This document shows positions 11,533 to 20,569 of a stretch of 64,000 nucleotides of DNA, in pieces (position 1 is the stretch's first letter; the number at the start of each line of letters is the position of its first letter). The notes under the pieces are model-generated. The model worked only from the letters and a program-made list of their open reading frames with translations. It searched no databases and had not been told where the DNA came from. Source of the DNA: Guillardia theta CCMP2712 (lineage: Eukaryota; Protista; Cryptophyta); the NCBI RefSeq assembly GCF_000315625.1, contig NW_005434669.1, positions 1,152,499 to 1,216,498 of the forward strand. Reading direction: 5' to 3'. The position numbers and the translations under genes are program-made.

Positions 11533-13851
11533 TCACGCGCTCCTGTCCAGCGTCTCTGCATTGGAAACAAGCTTCCCGCGAAAGACGCCTGCAGCCTTGA
11601 GGGCCTGGACGTGATCCTTCCAGTGCTCGAGGAGGAGCAGCTGTGCTCTAGAGTCACCTTGACCATGAGGCGATCAGGGAGCTCGAGAGGGTCAAGAGCG
11701 TCAGCACCTTCTTCCGCCATCCTTCCCAGCTCCATGGCAGCTGCACTTCTCTCGTCCATCACCTCACTCTGCATGCTATGTCAGCCTCACGTTCGAGCTC
11801 AGGTCCTCTTGCTCTCCTCACGCATCGTCAACAGCAACTCGTTCACTCTCTCTTGTGGGTACTCCACCACTTGCTTCGAAGACTCTCTCTGCTAGCATGT
11901 CAAGAAGAACCTGAGGGCAGCAGACTTCAGGTCTACTTGCTGCTCGACTTCGATGATGGACGCAGCGTTTGAGAGCATCTCTGACATTCCTAGAAGTTGA
12001 GAATACTCCTGCATGTTCTTCACGATTCCTACAGCTGCTTGATCGACGCCCCTCGCCACGAGGTTGTGGAGGCACTCAGCTGCTCTTATCCTGATAGCTC
12101 TCCTGTCCGGGTTTTCATCTTCATCCTCCCGAGGTAGTCAGGACGGAGCGGAAGGCTCAAGAAAGGCACCTTGACAACCCTCTTGCGAACTTTCTCTCTT
12201 GGGAATGCTGCAAGAACATCATCATCATGGCACCATGTGCTGCCGAATACCAAAGTCTGTCAATTTCTTCCAGTCATTCTCCTCCTCAAGGTCTTGCATG
12301 TACTGGATCGCGAGCTTGATCTCGTAATCCTGCCTCCTGCAGTCGCAGCAGCATCAGTACATACATCGCTCTCCAGCCATCCATCTTTCGTTGTCTCTTC
12401 ACCTCTTCTCTTCACGAAGGTTAAACTCTTGCAGTGCTTGTTCTGCACTCTTCTCCTCATTCTCATCTTGTAACGTTGCTACCTTTCCATTCTCTTCCCT
12501 CCATTGCCGAACTTCAGGTGTTTCATTCGCTCCTGTCTCCAAGTCACGTCCTATCCACCAGGGGAGGGAGCTGGACCGAGGCTGGCATTTTCAGTTCCCA
12601 GCTCGAGAACCTCGTTGATGTTGCTTTGAAAGGCTCGGACTGCCTTGTCCACTCCTACCTCAGCCAGCTCCATCAGAGACTCCGCGGCCACCTGTCCAGC
12701 CCTCTCCTTCTCAGCTCTTCTCACCCCACAACCTCCTTCGCTTCACCTTGCGAACCTCCAGCTCGGGGTCTGTCAGGGCCTTCACCAACACGTCAACGAT
12801 GTCTTGGTCGTCGAAGACTTGCTCGAGAGCTGCGAACTGAGATCGAATGGCGTCAGGGCTGGACTGATGGAACGAGCTTCGCATGGCGCTGATCACAAGC
12901 CATCGCATGTGGAAGTCGCCGTAGGTCTCGGGAGCGCCTTGATGGTAGGCGCGGATGAGGAAGTTGAAGACTTGAAAGTACAAGGACTTGAAGAAGAAAA
13001 GCCGCAAGTCATCTGAAGCACAAGGGTCGGTGCAAGTATGCAAGACAGAGACAAGACAGGAGACAAGACAGGAGACAAGACAGGAGACAAGACAGGTGAC
13101 AAGACAGGTGACAAGACAGGAGACAAGACAGGAGACAAGACAGGTGACAAGCATCAGCTTCTCTTCGACCTTTCTCTTCTTCTTGCTCCCTCGAAACCCT
13201 TGTAAAGACCTCGCACAGGAGCTCAGTGCCGTAGTGTCTGACCCTCATGTCATGGTCCGACGTCGCCTTGGCCGCTGTCTCCACTGCCTGCCGGTCAAGC
13301 GCCATGGCCAGCTAGCAACATGTAAGACAGCTACGGGTTGAGGGAGAGGAGAGACCGGAGACATGGCGTCGAGAGCAGCATACCTCACTTTTTCGTTGTC
13401 ATCGCTTGCTAGAGCTTTCACCATGTCGCACTCTTCTTGGATGTAACTCTCCTCTTTCAAATCTCCTTGTGACTTGAGCCGAATCGCCTCCTCTGCTCGC
13501 TCAAGCACGAAGACGCTCTTCAGCACCACTGCAACGCTCGCTCGAACGTAGTGCTCCCCGTGACCCGCTAGCTCTTTGAGCCGACCGAGAACAATCTCCG
13601 AGCCCTGGCCTCCTTCCCCATCCCCTTCCTTCTTCTTCACCAGCAACCTGCCCACTCCTTCCTCCACAGCCGTCCTCACGTATCGCTCCAATGGCAGCGT
13701 CAGCAAGCCCAGCAGCTCCTGCATGAAGTCACATGCCTCTCCCTGGCCTTCGCTCTCTCACCTCCTCTGCCTCTTTGTCTCCGTCCTGCGCTGCCCTCGC
13801 TCTGTCCTCTACTTGCCTTCTCCTGATGATCCGTTGCACCCCCTCCTCCAT
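11533..13851 (-). CDS. HEAT/ARM-repeat protein (multi-exon)
   Basis: Exons with HEAT signatures: LAGHGEHYVRASVAVVL, LASDDNEKVRYAALDAM, ATSDHDMRVRHYGTELL, ALTDPELEVRKVAAESLMEL, RSAAAMELGRM. Ends approximate. Confidence 0.7.
13045..13150. repeat. 12-bp minisatellite (ACAAGACAGG[A/T]G)n in HEAT-gene intron
   Basis: About 8-9 tandem copies with no spacers. Confidence 0.9.
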
Positions 13852-13890
13852 TTCCTCCGCTCAACGGCCTGGCCCTAATACCCCGTTGGC

Positions 13891-15935
13891 ATGCTGCCCA
13901 AGCTCAAGGCCGGGAAAGCGGGCGGGGGGAGGGGCGGGGCGGGGACTTCAGGAGAAGCAGCAAGGCAGGTGCACGCTTCGAGCTCGATCGACGTTGCAGC
14001 TGGTGATCGGAGCGAAGACACACGGGGCAGCAAGAAGTTTGTGGTGAAGACGATGAGGTACGAGGACATGCGGGCGTTCATGCTGCAGGCAGAAAGAGAG
14101 GTGGAGGAGACGCGAAGGGCTCTTGAAAGCAGCAAGAGGTGCATCGATGAAGCTGAAAACGCCTTGCAGCAATCCGTCCGACAATCTGCCATGTGGTTCG
14201 TCGAGAAGATGCAACAGAGCAGCAAGCCAAGTAAGCAAAACAAGAAGAAATGGGTGGCTGTGCAAGCGGCGTCCTTCGTCTTGTCTCTCTTCTTCGAGAT
14301 CAAGCGCAGGGCCGAGGAGACAACAGATGGAGTCGGGGAGGAGTCGTCGACCCCCGACATGCAGGAGGAAGCAACAGACATAGTTCGAGAATTGCTGCTG
14401 AGCGTGCAAGAAGACAAGTCGCTCGATGAGTTTCTGCTGATGCTCGCAAAGGTGATGAGCGGTTGATGGAGGTCTTGCTTGCTCACTGTGTCTTGTGCTA
14501 GACCAGAGCGGCGGCTGAGACTGAGTGGATGGTCTTGAAGGAGAGGATACGGAAAGGTCCTTTCCTTGATAGCCTCAACAGGCTGTGGAACACCATCGAC
14601 GAGTTTGAGTTTGGATACCCTCACCGGATCGAGGTGAACAAGAAGCACGTACAGGAGCTGAAGGAGTTGGTTGCCCGGTACAAGAACGAGCTCCGTGGTT
14701 CTGTCGAGAGTGTAAATCACACTCTGAGGATGGTTTTACACTCGGTGAAGATGAATGGTATTGCAGTCTCGGGGAATATCGCCTTGCCATCGCCAGAGCA
14801 TCTTTTTCAGGCAGAGTTGTTGATCTTTGATGAAGCCAAGGCAGGAAAGTGGAGCAAGACAGCAAACGAAGATGTGCAGAACTTCAAGAAGTACTTCAAC
14901 AGAGCCCTGACGAGGCTTCACGAGCTTGTCATCAACGCAGACCATGAGATGTCATACCGCACAAGAACAAACTTGAAGAAGAGGCTCGAGAACATAGAGA
15001 AAGAGAATCAGAGTTTGACAGAAGAGATCGTTCAATACAAGCAAGAAATCAAAGCTACCTATGAAAGTCAAGGAGCTGCTCTCGAGCCCCACGAGAGCTC
15101 TCACAGAAAACGGATGGACGAAGTTTCTCAGGAGAGGGAGAGGCAACAGCAGCAGCTGGATCAGGTGCTCGCTAGCAAGCGGCTTGAACTCGAATCCAAA
15201 AGGACGCGGCTGGATCAAATGAAAGAAACGCTGGCTGGCAAGAAAGCAGACTTGCGAACGATGAAGAAGCGTTCCAAGGAGACGAGTAAAGACCTGGACG
15301 AGGTCATAGCCGCTGCTTACGAGCGAGACGAGACTCTCGTCAAATGCCTTTCAATCATTACGAGCCAAGAATCACTCGAGGACATCAAAGCGTCTATGCC
15401 ATCCAAACAAAACATCAAGAATGAAATCTTCAAGTCTGTTGAGCTTCTTGACAGTGAAGTCTCTTCCCGTGAAGCAGAGTTGAAGGATGCTTCGCAGCTG
15501 ATGTACGAACAGAAGATGTGCTGTCTTAGAGTCTTCAACGACGTTTCACACCAGCCACAAGAAGCCGTCCGACAGGAGATAGAGCGTCAGCAACAGAACA
15601 AACTTGACATGGATGAGATCGGAAAGCTCATTGATGACTACATGCACCACACAGACTTCTACAGTTTGGATTCCTCAAAGCTCAACGCCTTCGTTCACCT
15701 GCACTTACCATTCGCAGCGTCTGAGGCCTGGAGAGACTTTCTGATGGCCAGGTATGATGAGATTTTCAACGACATGCAGGGCAAGGAATTGTACGTGTCT
15801 CATGATGACGAGGTGAAGGTCTTGATAGCCTCTCTTACTGACTACGGGTACTCGACGGAAGAAACGGCACAGATGTCGTATCAAGACTTGCAGAAATTAT
15901 TACAAGAGGAGCAGAGAATATCGAGAATGGAATGA
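13891..15935 (+). CDS. Coiled-coil protein of unknown function (2 exons: 13891-14451, 14502-15935)
   Basis: A 50-nt GT-AG intron joins the 191-aa and 468-aa ORFs in frame (…LAK/TRAAAETEWMV…). Long heptad-rich regions. Confidence 0.75.
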
Positions 15936-16600
15936 TCTCAGTTAACTCTAGCATCATCATGGAATCATCAAACATGTCTTGAAGCCTTGTTCACGCAACT
16001 TGGCAACCGTTGTGAGTTGCCTGGCATCTGAGCTCAGAGCCAAGTTGCTGCCAAGTACGGTTATGAGTACTAGTGACTACCGTACTAACAGTTGAAGTTA
16101 CCGTCTATCACCTTTGGGCCTCGACTCGGATGCCGGCCGGGCCCGGGCGCCCGCTGCCATAGTACGGCGAGTCCCGATCTTTTCCGATCACTCCCAGGCA
16201 TTCTGTACCATTAAACTGTGATGACTAAAAGTTATATAATGATTGTTCCCGTTTTGACCTCTTGAGGTGATGTGGGGGAATGACTGCAGCAGGGGTGGTA
16301 TGGTAAACACTCAAAAGGGGGGTAGGGGGACCCAAACAGAATCTCAGCCCCCTGCACGAGTAACCAGTACCCCAAGATTTCCGGGAAAAAGAAGGGGTAG
16401 TGACATAGGGTATCGTGTGAGCTGACCCGATATGTTCGATTTCCAGTTGCCAGTTTGAGGAGAGAAGGAGAGAGAAGGAGAGAGAAGGGAGATAAGGGAG
16501 ATAAGGAGCAAGACAAAGATACATGGGGAAATACCCTTCATTTCTTTCTTTTTCAGGCCTCCTCTCCCCCTTACTTGTATGATTCTTTCCCTCAACTAAA

Positions 16601-19600
16601 ATGATTACTAGAATGGTTACTAGAATGTTTCCTTCCCTCAACAACAAAACCGTTTTCGCACATCTTGTGTTGGCGCTGTTGGGCTTCGTACACGTTCAAG
16701 GAGATCGATGTACCGACGTCCCAACGTCCAGATGCTGCCCGGATGGCATCAAACATCTCGAGAGCAAGAACACGACCATCCCCATGCATCCTGTCGACAG
16801 AGAGGCTCTGGTGAACTTCCGACGCGCCATTGGGAAGCATGACGGGCTGCTCAACAACTGGTATATTGACGATCCGAGCTCGCATCCGTGTGACTGGTCA
16901 GGAGTGATCTGTGACTGCTGTGCGCTGTATCCAGCGGATGGGTTGGACTTCTGCGACGGCATCGACACCACCTACCAGCATGTCTACCACCTTGACTTCG
17001 GCCCTTCCAAGCCTTCGAACAAACGCCTCAATGGCTATCTGTCGCCCTATCTTGGGAATCTGACGGAGCTGAGGCTGGCGTATCTTCATGTGAATGAGTT
17101 CTCTGGAGAGATTCCCCGAGAGATGGCGAGGCTGCAGAAGCTGCAGAGGCTGGTGCTTCGTGACAACCAGCTGACGGGTCCTCTGCCGGCCGAGCTGGGC
17201 TCCATGCTCGCGCTGAAAGATCTCAACGTCGAGGTGAACAAGTTTGAAGGAGCGATACCGCTGGAATGGTGCAACCTGATAAAGTCTGTCAATAGCAAAA
17301 AGTTGCTGGACGTCAACATTGTTACACCAGCCAACAACCCAAGTCTCTGCGGCCCTGTGCCCGAGTGTCTTGTGAAGCAGGGAAAGCTGCGTACTGCCAA
17401 CGTGGTAGGAACGTTTCTACAGGTCGACGACTCGGTGGACAACCCCGGGAGGGTACAGGGAGTGTGCGACCTGACCCCGGCAGTGTGCAGGGCGGAGGAG
17501 GGGTGCGGCATCAGGTCGGAGACGGTGATCGCGTCGCTGCAGGAGTTCTCGTTCGAGTTCCCGGAGTTCTCGGACCCGGACAGCGGGATGCGGTCCTACT
17601 ACTGGGGGATAGACATGTGCGACGACGAGACCTCCTGCCACGATCGAGACGACGCCATGGCCTTCACTGCCTTGACGGCCATCTCGTACAAGACCTCGGA
17701 CGGGCTGACCATGTACCGGCAGAAGTACAAGGCCAACGGGCTCGCGCTGATCAACGGAGGGTGGTACAAGATCTTGCTGAAGGGATACAACGGGGCTGGG
17801 CCTCCTCTGTCGACGACGATATCGTCCAGGCCGTTCCTGGTGGACTCGACGCCTCCGCTGCCGTCTACTATCTATGACTCGCAGTTCTGCAAGGAGCCGA
17901 TTTTGGTTCAAGACAACGCAGTGCTGGAGGCGTGCTGGTCAGACTTCGTGGAGGCTGAGTCAAGCGTAGTGCGGTATGAGTATCGCGTGCACAAGCGCAG
18001 GAGAGACGGAGAGAGCTCCGAGGCCGTGGGCGAATGGAAGAGCGTCAACAAGACGGCGTACACAGCAAGGACCGGTCGTTATGCCGTGTCTGAGAGCGGG
18101 TACAGGCTAGAGGACGGGTGGGTCTACTTCTATGAGGTGAGAGCGACCAACGCAGCCGGGCTCAAGTCGAGCAGCTCGAGTCGAGGGGTGCTGTACTCGC
18201 CGACCAACCAACGGCTTCTGCTGGCGATCATCCTGTCCGTGATCATTCCTGTGGTGTTGCTGGGCTGCCTGGGGGGATGGGCGTACAAGCGGATGGAGCA
18301 CCACTACCAGCACGTGGAGCAGCAGGAGAGGAGGAGGAAGCATCAGATGGACAGCATGAAGGAGATCTACGACGTGCTTGTTATGAAGCCTTCGCCCTTG
18401 GTCGGGAAGCCTTGCCCGTCGTCTTTAGACGCGAGTCACGATCTGAAAATGCATCATAGTGAAAGAGTGCGTGGAGAGTGTGACATGATGGATCAGCGAG
18501 CAGAGGCTGTCTTCACAGCTGAGAACGTAACCTTCGTCATCACCGACATGGAGTCCAGCACGCTTCTAGCTGAGACCAACCCCGCCCTCTTCCGGGAGAT
18601 CCTCGAGATCCACGACGCGCTTGTGCGGCAGCTGGTGGACGAGTACTCGGGGTACGAGGTCATGTCGCAGGGCGACTCCTTCGAGCTCGCCTTCGTCGAG
18701 CCGTCTCTCGCCGTCTGCTTCTGCAACGCCCTGCAGACGCGGCTGATGAAGCACGAGTGGGACAAGCGGGTGCTGGGCCTGTCGGGGTGCGAGGAGATGT
18801 ACGACGAGCACGAGAGGCTGGTGTACCGGGGGCCGCGAGTGAGGGTGGGAGCGCACCTGGCGAGGAAGGGAAGGGACTTCACGGTGAGGATCCACGACAT
18901 CACGCGGGACATGGTGTTCGAGGGGGAGGGGTACAAGATCGCTCAGGCGATAGGGAACGGGGCGCAAGGGGGTCAGACGCTGATCTCGCAGGAGCTGTTC
19001 GAGGCCATCTCCTTCTGCTCCGGACTGTACAAGGCAGGCAACCCGATCCTGCACGAGCTGGGGGTGTACCAGGTGGGAGGAGACAGCAGCAGCGTCAAGG
19101 GGACTCAGGTCAAGCTCTACCAGCTGTCTGGACCAGTGTGGAAGCTGCCGACGGAGCCTGTGCGAGGGTTTAGCGGGAGCCTGCGAGGGCTTCACCAGGT
19201 GACGGAGGGGCGGCAGCTGCGCGTGCACCCGCTCGAGCAGTCCTTGTCGCTGGCGAGGATGAACACGACGTGCGTGTGTCTGGGGGTGGTGGGGGTGCCG
19301 GGGAGCAGGCGGGCTCTTGCTGAGGCGTGGATGAGAGAGACGGCGACGCTGGTGGCGCAGAGCTTCCGGGGGCACGTGATGGAAGGAGAGGGGGAGGAGG
19401 AGACGTTTGTGGTGTTTCCCAACCCCAAGTACGCGACTCACTTCGCCATGACCGCGCAGGTCGTCCTGCTGCACTCGACGCTGCCGTTCGAGGGGCTGCC
19501 GGACCTGTACAAGGAGGAGCACGGCATCGACGGGCAGCTGCTGTACGCGGGGCCGCGGGTGGGGATGGGGATGGTGACGTTGGAGGGGATGCTTCGGGAG

Positions 19601-20569
19601 TCAGAGGCAGCGCTGACGGAGGACCTGGAGGGTCTGATGGCGGGGGCGAGCAGGACGAGGCGACTGGCGCATGGGGGGCAGGTGGTGCTGGACGAGAAGA
19701 GCTGGAAGTACATGAGGAACATGATGCCGAGCCGCTGCGTGGGCATCGACCTGGGGGCTCACTGGCTGGGGGGCGGGGCCTCGGGGAGCGGAGAGGTGCA
19801 GAAGCTGTACGAGATGAGCCCGAGCGTGCTGGCAGGACGATGGTTCCCGTCGATCGAGTCAGAGAGGATGGTGAGCAGGGGGTACCGGGAGTCGCCGGAC
19901 CCGAAGCAGGGGATCGCGGTGATGTTCCTACGGCTCAAGGAGGCGGCGAGCGCGGGGCCGGAGGCGGAGGAGAGCTGGAGGGAGGGGCAGGAGAAGATCG
20001 GGCAGATCCTGCGACAGGCGCTGGAGGAGTACGGCGGGTACGAGTGCAAGGAGGCAGAGGCGGGGAAGTTCACGCTGGTGTTCGACGACCTGGGGATGGC
20101 CATGGCCTTCGGGCTGACGGTGCAGAAGGAGTGGGAGGCGCTGTGGGAGCCTTGGGGGAAGAGGAGGGAGGGAGAGGACGAGGGGCGGGGGAAGGAGGAG
20201 GAGCAGGGCAGGAAGTCGTCGCTGCAGGTGGGGCTGGCGTACGGGACGGAAGCGTTCAGGAAGCCGCTGGTGAGCGGGAGAGCAGACTACTTCGGGGCTC
20301 TGCCCAACCTGGCGGCGAGGATCATGTCGCAGGCGGAGGGAGGGCAGCTCCTGCTGGAGTACGAGGGGGCGATAGCGTGGATGCGGAAGGAGGGGAGGGA
20401 GCTGCCGGGGGTGGGGAGGAACGCGGTGGTGGAGGTGGACTTGAAGGGGGAGGGAGGAGGGAGGCGGAGGGTGGAGCTGAGCGTGGCGGGGGTGTACCAG
20501 CTGAAGGGGGTAGAGCGGGAGAGGGTCTTGGCAGAGCCGGTGCTGAGGCCACTGGAATGGGGACGGTGA
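16601..20569 (+). CDS. Receptor-type adenylyl cyclase copy A: signal peptide - LRRNT/LRR - FN3-like - TM - 3x class III cyclase homology domains
   Basis: Intronless 1322-aa ORF (start may be 16625). Plant-type LRR cap (DREALVNF...W...CDWSGVIC) and LxxLxLxxNxF/LxGxI/LP repeats; beta-rich FN3-like region (YFYEVRATNAAGL); TM LLLAIILSVIIPVVLLGCLGGWAY; cyclase motifs TFVITDMESST, QGDSF, GPRVRVG, GYECKE, DYFGALPNLAAR, AEGGQ. Confidence 0.9.
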   Translation: MITRMVTRMFPSLNNKTVFAHLVLALLGFVHVQGDRCTDVPTSRCCPDGIKHLESKNTTIPMHPVDREALVNFRRAIGKHDGLLNNWYIDDPSSHPCDWSGVICDCCALYPADGLDFCDGIDTTYQHVYHLDFGPSKPSNKRLNGYLSPYLGNLTELRLAYLHVNEFSGEIPREMARLQKLQRLVLRDNQLTGPLPAELGSMLALKDLNVEVNKFEGAIPLEWCNLIKSVNSKKLLDVNIVTPANNPSLCGPVPECLVKQGKLRTANVVGTFLQVDDSVDNPGRVQGVCDLTPAVCRAEEGCGIRSETVIASLQEFSFEFPEFSDPDSGMRSYYWGIDMCDDETSCHDRDDAMAFTALTAISYKTSDGLTMYRQKYKANGLALINGGWYKILLKGYNGAGPPLSTTISSRPFLVDSTPPLPSTIYDSQFCKEPILVQDNAVLEACWSDFVEAESSVVRYEYRVHKRRRDGESSEAVGEWKSVNKTAYTARTGRYAVSESGYRLEDGWVYFYEVRATNAAGLKSSSSSRGVLYSPTNQRLLLAIILSVIIPVVLLGCLGGWAYKRMEHHYQHVEQQERRRKHQMDSMKEIYDVLVMKPSPLVGKPCPSSLDASHDLKMHHSERVRGECDMMDQRAEAVFTAENVTFVITDMESSTLLAETNPALFREILEIHDALVRQLVDEYSGYEVMSQGDSFELAFVEPSLAVCFCNALQTRLMKHEWDKRVLGLSGCEEMYDEHERLVYRGPRVRVGAHLARKGRDFTVRIHDITRDMVFEGEGYKIAQAIGNGAQGGQTLISQELFEAISFCSGLYKAGNPILHELGVYQVGGDSSSVKGTQVKLYQLSGPVWKLPTEPVRGFSGSLRGLHQVTEGRQLRVHPLEQSLSLARMNTTCVCLGVVGVPGSRRALAEAWMRETATLVAQSFRGHVMEGEGEEETFVVFPNPKYATHFAMTAQVVLLHSTLPFEGLPDLYKEEHGIDGQLLYAGPRVGMGMVTLEGMLRESEAALTEDLEGLMAGASRTRRLAHGGQVVLDEKSWKYMRNMMPSRCVGIDLGAHWLGGGASGSGEVQKLYEMSPSVLAGRWFPSIESERMVSRGYRESPDPKQGIAVMFLRLKEAASAGPEAEESWREGQEKIGQILRQALEEYGGYECKEAEAGKFTLVFDDLGMAMAFGLTVQKEWEALWEPWGKRREGEDEGRGKEEEQGRKSSLQVGLAYGTEAFRKPLVSGRADYFGALPNLAARIMSQAEGGQLLLEYEGAIAWMRKEGRELPGVGRNAVVEVDLKGEGGGRRRVELSVAGVYQLKGVERERVLAEPVLRPLEWGR

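Noticed and set aside
13045-13150. Regular repeat array superficially CRISPR-like
   Set aside because: 12-bp tandem units without spacers, inside a eukaryotic intron; no cas genes.
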